Below, piece after piece: positions 1 to 12,829 of a stretch of DNA of 64,000 nucleotides. Within the stretch, counting starts at the first letter, position 1, and every line of letters starts with the position of its first letter. Under the pieces are notes generated by a model. It was not told the DNA's origin. It searched no databases and saw only the letters and a list, made by a program, of their open reading frames with translations. The DNA lies in NCBI GenBank assembly GCA_002269645.1, contig NIVC01000390.1:310001-374000 (forward strand), in the 5' to 3' direction. Both the position numbers and the translations under genes were made by a program. The stretch is from Macrostomum lignano. Its lineage: Eukaryota.

Positions 1-1171
1 AACGCCCTGAGGGAAAATGTGTTTTTTCTCTTTATAGGCCTGGGGTGAAAATATTTCCTGTCATCCGCGCGAGATTGAGATATAATCGGCTTTCGAAGCA
101 GCCTTTGCAGCCTTCCGCTGACCTCCGCTAATCTTCCTCACAGTGACAGGCGCGGACACAGCAGAAGTGACTGCTGTGTGAGATGCCAGTGTTGATGAAG
201 CTCCCGGATAAACATACGTCGCAGCCTTCTCAAAGCGTTGATCTATTTTTTTAGCTCAGATAAAAACTTCGCTGTTGCACGACTTGTTGAGTCTCCCACT
301 GACCGGAGACTCAACTTTCGATGCAAGGCTTCCAGAAACTCGCCAAGTTAAACAAATATTAGGCATCCCGAGCAAAACAAACTGTGGTTATAAAGAGCAG
401 TGTAAATAAGCAAGTACTACTCATTTTACGCCCAGTGAGTTGTGAAAAAATACATAGCACGGAAGCAAAAAATTCTATTTTCTGCTGTTCAACCCCGATG
501 AGGGGCTTAGAGCTAGTCCACTACACTAAACCTATCCTCAAGCCTAATTCCTATTCCTATCCTCACTTACCCCGAACCCGCGCGCTAAAAACGGTAGAGT
601 GCGCTTACTCCATGCGAAAAAGCCGATGTTTACGTATTTTTGGAGCGATTGTTTCTAGAGAAAAACCCCGTTGAGTGTTCAACCTCAAGAGTACTCTGAA
701 TGCTTTAGTAACTTAGAAAAGCAGAAAAATAGAGAGCACAGTGAGCTGAAGCGACTGTGAGTCTGGGCCTTCGTCATGTTGGCTAGGCTTGTATTAAAGA
801 CGCTTTGATAAGCTCGCCTTCAGGCAACCGTCGCTGTATATTTACAGTACAGCTCAACGAAGTAGCAGTGCAAGACGCCACTTCAAGCTTCGCTTAAATG
901 AGAGGAAAGACTAGGATAGGCAGATCCCTACTCGCTGCTCATGGAGTTCTAGCGACATTGATTTCGGATAGCTCTTATTGTATACCGCGTTCCATCGCGT
1001 CCTATCTTCTCGTTTTAGGGAATTCGAGACAGAGAAATTAGAGGGTATGAAAACAACAAAGGATGGTTATGGCTACCTATCCACTGTTAACCAGACTCTA
1101 GCACTCAAGAAAAAGCTTTTTTTAGCCATGCATTTGTATCGGGCTAGGTCTTTGTCAGACTAATTTAAACT

Positions 1172-1365
1172 AGCGTCAGACTGGCTACAGTCTGCGTCAG
1201 TTTGTCTGTCTCCTTGGTTAGGCTAGCTACAATTTATGTCAGACTAGCTACAATTTATGTCAGACTAGCTACAATTTATGTCAGACTAGCTACAATTTGT
1301 GTCAGACTAGCTACAATTTGTGTCAGACTAGCTACAATTTGTGTCAGACTAGCTACAATTTGTGT
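1172..1365. repeat. 21-bp minisatellite GTCAGACTAGCTACAATTT(G/A)T, about 8 copies
   Basis: Read directly; gives the VRLATIY/C pseudo-ORF. Confidence 0.95.
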
Positions 1366-1427
1366 CATACTTTATATTCGACTTTCTCTTATGTTGTCAA
1401 AGTCCGGTAAAAATCATTTGAACTAAC

Positions 1428-2159
1428 CGGATTCGGTGCGTTGTGAGCCGACGGCAGCCGGGTGAGTCGCCCAGCCGCTGACGCGGCCGCTCGCTTTTTG
1501 AGCCGACGTCGGAGAGCAAAAAAGATGCTGATGTACAGCGACACGATGATAACAGCGGGGATATAGAAGCTGCCAAGAGCGCTGAACACAATGTAGCCTT
1601 TGTCGTTGGGAAGCTGGCAGCGATCGACAGAGTCGGTGCCGTTAGGAACACTTGAGCCTCTGGCTGAGCCCCAGCTCAGCACGGGCCCGACGCTGATGGC
1701 GCCGCTGAGGCCGAAGACGGCGGCAATCATAATCAGCACGGTGGTCATCGTCCGCTTGCTGGCGTACAGAATCGGATACTTGATGGCGCAGTAGCGATCC
1801 ACAGCGATGGCCGCGAGGTTCAAGATGCTGGCCGTGCAGAAGAAAATGTCTGAAGTGGTGAACACGGTGCACACAATGTCCGGCAGTAGCCAGACGTCGT
1901 TGGTCAGGTAGACTTTGACCTGCAGCGGCAGCACCAGGAGGCCAACCGCCATGTCGGCGCAAGCCAAGCTAACGATGAGAAAGTTCTGCGCCTGCCGGAG
2001 CTCCCGGTAGGTGAACACGGCGAGGATGACAAGGACATTGCCGACGACAGTCAGCAGGATGACGATGCTCATCAGCGGTACGGCCAGCCATTTCTCCACG
2101 GGCACGGAGCTCAGCGCTGGCGCCGGCAGCGCGGTGCTGACTTCCTGATTTTCGGACAT
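1428..2159 (-). CDS. Biogenic amine (octopamine/tyramine-like) class A GPCR, first coding exon (TM1-TM5 plus start of IL3); TM6-7 not found in the window, presumably left of position 1
   Basis: From ATG 2159 (MSENQEV): GN..VILAV in TM1, LACADMAVGLLVLP in TM2, amine-binding Asp in TM3 (TSDIFFCTASILNLAAIAVDRY), FSALGSFYIP in TM5. Donor ccg|gttagt at 1428/1427, phase 0. The 122 upstream codons of the ORF track look non-coding. Confidence 0.9.
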
Positions 2160-2614
2160 AATTTCTGCTTTTGTTGAGGTCTGCGGCGCTCTGCAACACT
2201 GAGGCTCTCTACAGAGGCTAAATGGTAAAATAAAAAAGCAGCCACAGCTTTCATGACGCCAGTTCCATCGCCATTGACTGGGGCCAGCTGTCCAATCAGC
2301 GCGGGTCTGGCTGGGGATGGTGGCACATGATATTGAGACGCAAAATTCAATAGCTGCACGTATAACGGCATTACTACTAGTAATTGAGTAAGCGCACAGG
2401 CTCGAATTATGCAAATACGGCAGCGACTCAGTTTGTAGAACAGACAGTTCAAAAGTAAAAGTGGATGAAAACATTGCTCCCAGTGTAAAACTGATCACTG
2501 AATGTTTATCAAGCTTACCTGTCAACGGTTAAAAGAATCTTCATCAATCGCTAGGTTTTAATAAAATTAAATATTTTCTGTCCCGCAAACATTGACTTCA
2601 ATTTTCATCGATAC

Positions 2615-2995
2615 TCCAGAGCTACCAGGATATCTATCTACCAGGGTATCTATCCACCTCCAGAGCTATCTGGATATCTATCTACCAGGGTATCTATCCA
2701 CCTCCAAAGCTATCAGGATATGTATCTACCAGGGTATCTATCCACCTCCAGAGCTATCTGGATATCTATCTACCAGGGTATCTATCCACCTCCAAAGCTA
2801 TCAGGATATGTATCTACCAGGGTATCTATCCACCTCCAAAGCTATCTGGATATCTATCTACCAGGGTATCTATCCACCTCCAGAACTACCAGGATATCTA
2901 TCCACCGCAGACCTACCAGGATATCTATCTACCAGGACATCTATCCACCTCCAGGTCTACAGGATATCTGTCCATCTCCAGAGCTATCAGAATAT
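2615..2995. repeat. 44-bp minisatellite (TATCTATCTACCAGGGTATCTATCCACCTCCAGAGCTATCTGGA), about 8 copies
   Basis: Read directly. Confidence 0.92.
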
Positions 2996-3589
2996 ATATC
3001 TATCCGCATCGCCACCAATCTTTTGTAGTATGTTTTATGAAGTATTTCCCGCATTTGTAAATTTCCTAGAGTGTACTCTATTTATTTTCTCACAGTAAGT
3101 CGACCCCTGTGGTTTTACTCGCAGTAGTATGCTGACTAAATTTCGTTATTCTATCAAAACTAAAAATGAACTCATTGAGAACTTGTTTATTTCCAATCAT
3201 AGGATAAACATTTTTGGGCTTTTTGTATAAGCGTTTATCAACTTTACAGCGATGTTAATATTTATGGGAAGTTTTATGATAGCATTAATGGGAATTATTT
3301 CTACCAGCTACAGCTGTTATAAAAATGTTAGAAATTTTCAGCTAGCGTGCTGTGTGAGTATCTCTAGGATCGGCTGCATGACTGACTGTGGCCTGGCGTG
3401 CAGACGGATCCCAGAATCACATTTGAGTGACTGCCAGCTCTTGCTGTTAGATATCGCTTGTAGAGACCTTTTCAAAAAATCAATTGCCAAATTTGAAGAG
3501 CTGGTGGTCTACTTATGCACTTTCTGGGGATCCGGGGTTCTGGCTGCGAGGCTTTTTGATGTGTCGAGAATTTTTAACACTTTTCAACG

Positions 3590-3705
3590 CAGTTGCAACA
3601 CATCTGCAACACAGCTGCAACACAGCTGCAACACATCTGCAACACATCTGCAACACAGCTGCAACACATCTGCAACACATCTGCAACACATCCGCAACAC
3701 ATCTG
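3590..3705. repeat. 11-bp repeat TGCAACACA(T/G)C, about 10 copies
   Basis: Read directly. Confidence 0.92.
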
Positions 3706-4149
3706 TAAATCAGCTGTCACTCTAAAACGTGGCAGAAATGAGAAATTATGAGCAGTTACCTGAGTCTCAAGTCTTGAGGCTTGAGTCTAAAATCATTATT
3801 TAGAAGCTGTTTTGCCATTTTGACCATGACCATTAATTAAGCTAAATAAAGTACAAAAATTTAGCTGAGCTTAGTTGTGACATTCAACGGTTTTTAGGCT
3901 CAAGACAGGTAGGTGAAATCAATAATAAACGCAGTAAGTGTGAACTCAGTGCACTGCACTGAATAAAGGCTATTGTCGTGTGAGTAATAATCTGTTTAAA
4001 TGTTTATGGCCTATTATTGAGCGGTGGTCATTGATACGCTAACAGTCCCCGCTTTGAAATCAATATTTAAGCGACTAAAATATAGTCATAAGACAATGTG
4101 CTTGTGCATATGGTTTGATCATACACAATGATTCATTTTTTCTTAGACA

Positions 4150-4845
4150 TTAGACACAATCTGCCCTCACTGTCTGACTCAAGCACCATAGACACAATCT
4201 GCCCTCACTGTCTGACTCAAACACCATAGACACAATCTGCCCTCACTGTCTGACTCAAGCACCATAGACACAATCTGCCCTCACTGTCTGACTCAAACAC
4301 CATAGACACAAGCTGCCCTCACTGTCTGACTCAAACGCCATAGACACAAGCTGCCCTCACTGTCTGACTCAAGCACCATAGACACAATCTGCCCTCACTG
4401 TCTGACTCAAACACCATAGACACAAGCTGCCCTCACTGTCTGACTCAAACGCCATAGACACAAGCTGCCCTCACTGTCTGACTCAAGCACCATAGACACA
4501 ATCTGCCCTCACTGTCTGACTCAAACGCCATAGACACAAGCTGCCCTCACTGTCTGACTCAAACGCCATAGACACAAGCTGCCCTCACTGTCTGACTCAA
4601 ACGCCATAGACACAAGCTGCCCTCACTGTCTGACTCAAACGCCATAGACACAAGCTGCCCTCACTGTCTGACTCAAACGCCATAGACACAAGCTGCCCTC
4701 ACTGTCTGACTCAAGCACCATAGACACAATCTGCCCTCACTGTCTGACTCCAAAACCATAGACATAACCTACCCTCACTGTCTGACTCCAAAACCATAGA
4801 CACAAGCTGCCCTCACTGTCTGACTCAAGCACCATAGACACAAAC
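4150..4845. repeat. 38-bp minisatellite CATAGACACAAGCTGCCCTCACTGTCTGACTCAAACGC, about 18 copies
   Basis: Read directly; period 38. Confidence 0.95.
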
Positions 4846-5989
4846 GCCATTTTGTATGCCTTACCACCTCATTGATTGATGAGATTTTGTTGCTTAAGAT
4901 AAGTTGCTAATTATGGATTCAAAATCGCACTTGTGCATTCCTTTAAGATATCACAGCAATAAATCAGAACTTTTTTAAAAAGTATAAGCATTGGATGAAT
5001 TTAGTTTCTCGGTGGTGCTTAAATTTATACATTGATACTAATAACTCGCACGTGCATCGTGGATTTTTTAAATTAGCCACTGTTAGAAGTCCACGACATG
5101 GATGATGAATTGAAAGCTCTCGAAAAAGGCGACTTCCAATTCGAGCTACGAGTATATTCTCCGACCCATAAATTCTTCGGTAACTTTAATTTAGGAACAA
5201 CTCAAAACTTAAAGTTTATCCGTGGAAATATTCAAAAAAATTCGACGCCATAGCAATCGATTGAAGCGACTTATTCGAATTAAGTTGCTCTCAAGCTTAC
5301 CATTTTGGAAGGAGAGCGTCATCTAAGAGATCTAAATTATGCATTTCAGCCAGACTCTTCAAGGATATTCAGACAATGGAATAGCTGCTACGAGTATGAA
5401 CATTGCGGCTGGGAGAATTTCAGTGGTTAAGGAGGTTGCCAAAGTTTTTTAATTACCTCCGTCAAAAGTCCTTTGAAAAGGCATAGCATGCTGTTTAAGT
5501 CTAAGATATCCGCAGCGTCACATCTGTACCTAAAGCTAAGTCCGTAGAAATCTCCTGCAACTAACTACAAAGCAGATAAATTTGTCGATAATCTGTTCCG
5601 ACCAGTTTCTGTTCGTCGTCGGTCTTTCCTCTTTCGATCTGACTGGCTGCCCGGCTCGCCCAATGGGAGAAGTTTTGACCAGTCGGATGGGAAATACAAA
5701 GCAGGGCGGGACGAGACCGTGGCCAGCCTTTGCCACTCGGATTTCCTTAACTTATTGAACCGAAAGTTCACAAACAGGCCTCTGCCTCACTGAAGCTGCA
5801 TTTCTAATTCTTTTTTGCACTGGAAAGCATGGCGGACAACTCAACGGAGTGAGTTCAAAAGTGGTTGGTTAAATGTTTTTATTGTTTTTTTTCAATAGGC
5901 CAGCGTCTAACTAGATAACGAGGCATTTGACATTGACAGGCTTGCGACACTATGCTGCCATGCAGGCTTGTTAAATAGGAACTCACTGA

Positions 5990-6800
5990 TGAACGTCTCT
6001 AAAATGCAGCGGGTGTTACTTTTGACTTAGCTGCAGGGTGGTCCGTAGATACAGCGGGGAGGCGAGGGTCGCCCACTCCGCTAGCCCCTGAAAGCCTGCA
6101 GACAGGCAGAGGCGTGGGGCTGGTCAGGGTGGTCCGCCGGTCCGTCCTGCAGCGTGATCTTCCGTTGAGAAGAAAGTGGCTCGTCTTGTCGCCCGGAGGA
6201 GCTGGATGAGCCGTGGGATGCTTTCGGGCTGGCAGACCTCGTAAATGGACGGGTTCGGCCCGAGGTAACACAGCCGGTCTCTGGTGAAGAAAGGACAGTG
6301 ACAAACAAAGTGCTGAGCATCTTCATTGTCGTACTCGCAAAAAGGGCAAAGTTCACTCTCAAAGTCGCCTTGGAGGAAGCAGTGCCAGGCGAGGTAGCCA
6401 TGGCCGGCAAAGGTCATGACGAGGATTTTGGTTCCTTCCGATTTTGGTTCAGAAAGACGTTTCTGAGCCTGCGAGAGGGGCAGCGGGTTGATCAATTTTC
6501 GCGCAAATCGTCCAAACCTGCAGCAGAGACAGTTCACACTTCACAGGCAGAATCGAGCGCCGACTCAGGTTTCTTATTGACAGTTCGTGTTTGTCTTCTT
6601 ATCTTGCGGACCCGATTGATTTGAGTTCAAACTTAAGAAACCCAAGACGAGCAGTAGCCTGCCGAGGGTGGGGGTGCTTCAGGAATTGTATAATTTGAGC
6701 AGAATGATCCAACAGACTGCGGCTAAGAGCCAGAGAGCCGAATAGTTTGCCAATCGATTGAAAAGTGGGCGCTGCCGCTGACATTCCCAGAAAGCAACAT
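5990..6800 (-). mobile_element. Decayed 3' end of a non-LTR retrotransposon ORF2 (R1/LOA/I-group type)
   Basis: ORF 6124-6537: ILVMTFAGHGYLAWH...LCPFCEYDNEDAQHFVCHCP..TRDR...LG, the TGH + CCHC zinc knuckle typical of the C-terminus of these elements. No RT upstream. Confidence 0.75.
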
Positions 6801-7016
6801 TATGAAGTGTCCCATGTATTTAGTATTGACTTTCAAGTTTTAGTTCCTCTTCTATTCAAGTGAGTGCTTTTTATCAGCCTTCACTCCCTGCTCCTAGTAA
6901 AGCTTTGATTCCATTTTACTCAACCATTCTTTCTTGCGGCTCTACGGGTGGCTGCACTTTTCTGGAGAGGTTTGATACGAGCTAGTAGTAGGTGAGTGAG
7001 GTCGATTGGTTGGTAG

Positions 7017-7612
7017 CTAAGGTAGATAGGTAGGTAGATAGGTAGGTAGGTAGGTAGGTAGGTAGGTAGGTAGATAGATAGGTAGGTAGGTAGGTAGGTA
7101 GGTAGGCAGGTAGGTAGGTAGGTAGGTAGGTAGAGAGGTAGGTAGGTAGGCAAGTAGGTAGGTAGGTAGGCAGGTAGGTAGGTAGGTAGGTAGGTAGGTA
7201 GGTAGGTAGAGAGGTAGGTAGGTAGGTAGGTAGGTAGGTAGGTAGGTAGGTAGGTAGGTAGGTAGGCAGGTAGGTAGGTAGGTAGGTAGGTAGAGAGGTA
7301 GGTAGGTAGGCAAGTAGGTAGGTAGGTAGGCAGGTAGGTAGGTAGGTAGGTAGGTAGGTAGGTAGGTAGGTAGGTAGGTAGGTAGGTAGGTAGGTAGGTA
7401 GGTAGGTAGGTAGGTAGGTAGGTAGGTAGGTAGGTAGGTAGGTAGGTAGGTAGGTAGGTAGGTAGGTAGGTAGGTAGGTAGGTAGGTAGGTAGGTAGGTA
7501 GGTAGGTAGGTAGGTAGGTAGGTAGGTAGGTAGGTAGGTAGGTAGAGAGGTAGGTAGGTAGGTAGGTAGGTAGGTAGGTAGGTAGGTAGGTAGGTAGGTA
7601 GAGGTAGGTAGG
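7017..7612. repeat. (TAGG)n microsatellite
   Basis: About 150 units, with a variant cassette duplicated at a 160-bp period (7106 and 7266). Confidence 0.98.
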
Positions 7613-8544
7613 TGGCTACGAATGAGATCGATTTTGCCAATCTTCCCTCTTCATCAGCCCCTTTGTTTCCAGATTCCAAAATAGTAGAGTTTCAGTTTTA
7701 TTCAGTCCCCTTGAGCCGCATCGCTTCACCGGCTTTATCAATCAAGATTTTTTAGAGCAGGGCTGCCCGGGCTGCCCCTGCCCTGTCATTGCCAGTGGCG
7801 CCGCTAATTCTCTGTATAGTTTATGCTCCCCACCCACCTGTAAACCTTGGTGGCGTGGGAGACTGCCTGGCGCGGCTTCTTTATGATATCGGCTATGAAT
7901 TTTTGAAAAGTGCCACGCAGCATGCAAGAGCAGACACGCAAACGAATCATCTAGCTGCGTATTTTCACCCTCGCTTGTATTAAGTTGCCGTTCTCCGCAC
8001 TGTGCACCGCTAGCGGCACCTGCGGGGGCAAGTTGCTTGAAACAGGAGAAGGAAGTCAGGCAGCGGCATTAATGATGCAGCCGCAGGCCTCTGGGACGGA
8101 GGCTCCTTCGAGGTAGGGGAGACCTGTAGCTAAACCGCAGCAGGGAATATAAATTATTGCTGGGACTCTTCTAGGAGCTCTTCTTACTCTTTTGCCAGAC
8201 TAATTGACGGCAGGCAGTTGAGCAACACGCAAGCGTTCTAACATATTCCTTCAAGCTCGCCTCTCATTGTCTCAGACCATCTTGTGTAAAACCAAAATGG
8301 AAGAATATTTGCTTAGCAGCAAAGTCACCTGCCGAGTTTTTGGCCATTGTTTCTTTTGGTGACGAAGATGGATATTGTGGAAGAAGAATATTACTAGAAT
8401 TAGCAAAAGCATTCAAAACATTGGAGGATAACTCTTATATAAGCATTCAATAACTATTACGCAGATATATACTTTAATTAGAATAGCAGCACTATTTACC
8501 TTTTCTAGCTTCAAACCTTTTCCTAACTGCCTACTTTCTACTTA

Positions 8545-8738
8545 CTTACCTACCTACCAACCAACCTACCTACCTACCTACCTACCTACCTACCTACCTA
8601 CCTACCTACCTACCTACCTACCTACCTACCTACCTACCTACCTACCTACCTACCTACCTACCTACCTACCTACCTACCTACCTACCTACCTACCTACCTA
8701 CCTACCTACCTACCTATCTACCCACCTACCTACCTACC
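8545..8738. repeat. (CCTA)n microsatellite, inverted relative to 7017-7612
   Basis: Read directly. Confidence 0.98.
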
Positions 8739-11700
8739 AGTTTTAATTTTCAGTCGCACTTACACTTAAAGCCAGGCCTGACACCTTTGCAAATAGTCTC
8801 TGTCTAATATAAAAATTGAATCCGATTTGAACTAATGAAATTATCAGACAAAATGTGATTCTGTCCACCCGACAAAAAGCTTAGTTCACCCGCTAAAAAG
8901 ATGCGGCCTCCAGATATCTTTCTCTGGGGTCAACGGGCCCAGCTTCTTCAAAGAAGACTTATAATTAGACTTGAATCAATTTGTCGGCAAAGATTTGCTC
9001 GGGAGCCCCGGAGCTGCACGCAAACACAGACGCTACCAGTGAGTTAGATGAAGATCAATAGCCTCGATTTCCTATCGCCGCTTCCTCAAAAAGATTAACA
9101 AGAATTATCTTGAATAATCTCGAAATTTCTCAAAGGAAGTTGGAAAACTGTAGACTGACAGAGGAAATCTGAGAGAGAAAATTATTTTTTAGGTCCGATG
9201 CTAGTTTGAAGCCACATGATGTTGTCGAGAGACTGAGGGCGGAGTTGGTGGCAGCTCCGGGTCAATAGGACTTGGGATTTGGGGTGGGTGCTCAAACATA
9301 GGAGATAGCATGTGGGAGCGGCCAGCATGGGCTGGTGGGAGCGATTCTGGAACAGAAAGGAAGGGAACCTGAGAGCTTTGCCGATGAGGCTCATTCCAAT
9401 TCTACACTTCATTTTCCAGTTCCTATCGATTCTCAGCCTCCTGCCGCTGGCTCCATCTGGCGTTGCTCTTTCAAACTAATCTCAACACATCATCGGCTGG
9501 TCCGAGGTGACCCACATGCAGCCTCACGTCTCTTCATCTACTTCCAAGATCCTCTTTCTTTTCGATAGCACGTTCTACTTGTTCAGTGGCAGCTCGGGCA
9601 TAATCCGGCTTTTGGTTTGCCGCGTCGCAATCTTGTCCGACTTGGCTGATTTATTTACGAGTAGACTGGGAAGCTGGCAATGCAGATTTCAAAAGATTGA
9701 TGCTGTGGGTCAATGCATGCATTGCTATTGTAAAAATAATTATTTAGTTTTAAAGCACTTTTCCACTTTGCATATGAGACAAAATTTTCAGACTTTGCTG
9801 GGGTTTGAATCCCACCGCTGCCAACTCGTATTACTGCATGGTTCGTGCGAGCGGGAGACAGCAAAACTCTGGGTGGAAAGGAATACAGCTTAGCATTACA
9901 GGAAAAGGCTTCCTCTTTCCTTTTCGGCTTTTTAGCCAAAGAGTATACTCAGGAGGTGTGGCCAGAGATGGAGCCTCCAGAATTTGCACAGTGCAAGCCA
10001 TACGCAGAAAGGATAGTGAGGAAGAGAAAAAAGAGGAAGTGCAGGCTGTTTCCGAACAGAGGGTGTCATTAAATTACAGCTCCGCATTTCGGCAAGGTGG
10101 CAGGTTTGGGCGAACGAGTTTGCAGCTCCACCATCAGCCAGTCCATCCTCTCTCCTCTTCCCTGTCAGTTTCTCCTCCGCTGCCAGTGCGAATTAATTCT
10201 ATTAACCATAAAAATTACTTTAGCTTCCTTTGCTCAACAGAGTCTGTTTTACACTTGTGTTACCCCTTTATCTGTTTGAGGACTGCCCAGTAGCAGTTCG
10301 TGTCTATGCTGGGATTTAAAAAGGCGAAAACAGGTTTGGTAAGACTTAAGAACTGAGTTGACCCGCTTTTATATCGCAAGAACTGCTTATGCAGCATGCC
10401 GTGTCATTAGTTTCCAATGATTCAGAACCACCAGCAATGACAGTAGAGTCTCCTAATTGCAAGCAGAGTTTTTAAGCTTCAGCCACTTTCTGCAACCAAC
10501 TCACTCTGCGTCTCCTGCAGGTAGAGGAAAATATAGCGATCTGTATTGTCACTAATTTTATTTAAAGCCATGTTTTAGGATTTATTGACAGGATAGGAAT
10601 TTGAAGTATGGAAAAAGAACGCACAGCACATTCCATGATGGAAGGAAGATGGGATAGGGCTTCCAGCCCCCACACATTGCCACAGCCATCGATTTTCTTC
10701 CTCCAGCTGAGAACTGGGCGCTCCAAGACTCACACCCGCTTCCCAGACAAATTACCGCCCACAAGCCATGCAAGTCTCTTTAGCCTTCCTTTCCTTGATT
10801 TTCCACGCTGCGAGTACGAATGCACCGTATAAGAAACTGATAATCAAGAGAATCACGCAGGTAATTATTCCCACCATATAATAGGGGATTTTGCCGTGTG
10901 TAGTGAGATAAAGCGAATTTTGGATTCTTAGCTGCAGAACTGCAAGTTTTTGGCTCAAGCCTCCATTTGCTCTTGTCTCTCAGCTTCACCCCATCCGCAC
11001 TGACGTAGCCTCTGAAATCCCATCTACCCTTCTCTTGTTCTTACTCCCATCCGCATGCTGTCCTCTCTTTTTGCTGGCAAAAATTCCCCCCACCCTTTCC
11101 ATTGTTTACGAAGGGGTTAAGCCGAGCCTCGAGAGCTATTGCTGCTTGTCTCCTTCACCCTTATCCTTGAAGTATTGGCCCAGCTTAGGCTTTCTGCTTT
11201 TTCTAGTTGTCTCTTTCTACTTCCTAAGCTGTCTCTGCCTTTCTTGACATGAGCACCAACATTTCTCCCTGACTTAAGGATTCTGCAATCTCAAGCTACG
11301 GTATCGACGATGAATGATGCAGGGGAACGAAATCTTGATAGGGGGGGAGTTTCCTTCTCTCTTCTTTGAGCATCTAGGATCGTGAAGGCTTCTACAGTTT
11401 GAATCGTGAGCCTTGTGCGCGAAAAAGACGCTCCTACTTGCCAGTATTTTCTCATCCCAAAATACAGTTGTAGCTGCAGAGCTACCCACCAAATGCACGA
11501 AAATCCTCACGTTATCGCCGAAGCCCCTTGTTGACACTGCCAGCCCCGCCAGCAGCCATGCTCGCCTCGCGATGCGTTGAGGTTTGAAAAACCAACGGGG
11601 GAAAAGTACTTAAACAATGTCAACAGACTGGGAGGGATGATGGGAACAGCAAGAGCTGCATAAAATCTGCAGGCAGATCGGGGCGCAACTTTAATAGCTC

Positions 11701-12829
11701 TTGAATAAACAGAGTGGCGAGAAATTGGATAAAGATAGACGCGAGTTGACGGAAATGAACTCTGTGAGCTTTGCATACTTACTGATGGCGCTAGGCAGCT
11801 GACCTCAAAAGTAATTTGTATATGAAGGCGGATGCATGACTGAATTGTGCGTGGGGCACCAATATTCGCGTACAAGGACTTGGACATCCAGTGTTGCAGA
11901 TGTCCACGCCCAATAAATAGCAATTTGATGAGGCTTCGCCTTCGAACCAACCATCACCTCGGTAGAGGATTTCACGGCGCTTTGGAGAGAAAAGTTGTCG
12001 CTGTTATGTTTAAATCGACGTCAGCTTGCTCCGGCGTCAGGCTATTTTCTACTCTACTCTCCAGGCTCCGTCCACCCCAATCGCTAGTATCTTGCTAACA
12101 ATGTATGTTGCGTTATACTGTTGTGTTAGCCTAATAGCGGCAAGCCCAAATTTATCGATTAATCCTATATGACCCTCGCAAATCGACTGAATAATATAAC
12201 ATTGGCTCAGTTATCGTTTCATTATCACTAAAGTGCTGGCCTTTCTGGGTAGTGAGCTTGTTTAACACGTCGTTAAGGAACACTCGGTCTCTCTTTCGCG
12301 CTTAAGACGACATTTCGTCCCCTAGACTAGACAAGTGGATCATAGTTAACATTCTAACATTGACACTTTGTTTCGCGCTGTTTTCTATAGAAAAGTTTAT
12401 ACATGAACGCAGCTGTCTATGGCATTATCTACCAGACTGTACATTTAGCTCCCTAAGAAAGCACTATAGTGGATAAAAGGTTTTGCAGCTTGGGCGAATT
12501 CACTTGCAAAAAGGTTTCTTATTAACGCCTGGGTATCAATGATATTATACCATAGACATCTTTGCCCGACGCTACACTTCATAGCAAGGGCCGGGGGTGT
12601 GGGGGCAGAGTCCCCATAATGGAAGCTGTGGGGCGAAGCATAGATGAATAAAACCATTCATCCATGCGGCTAAGCCCCCACTTACTGCCATAGACGATAA
12701 TCGCTGTGGTCAAAAGAACATTTCATCTGCCGGGCGGAATTCCGGGCGGTTAGCGACATTAGCGGGCGTTAATGGTGTCTATGGGATATCAAACTTATGA
12801 CAGTTCTCTTCTCTAATAACAAATTTTAG

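Noticed and set aside
55-245. Possible IL3/TM6 exon of the amine GPCR (RKAAKAASKA frame on -)
   Set aside because: The frame ends in a stop without TM6/TM7 motifs (CWxP, NPxxY), so it cannot be supported.
286-315. Perfect 11-bp hairpin GTTGAGTCTCC/GGAGACTCAAC
   Set aside because: A rho-independent terminator is irrelevant here and there is no CTRR Helitron end nearby; it is isolated and has no supporting context.
2160-2525. 122-codon N-terminal extension of the amine GPCR from the ORF track
   Set aside because: It begins at a TTG and has non-coding composition; ATG 2159 gives a normal short N-terminus.
5990-7612. Microsatellite-targeting LINE inserted into (TAGG)n
   Set aside because: The fragment is separated from the array by about 200 bp, and no array continues on its other side.
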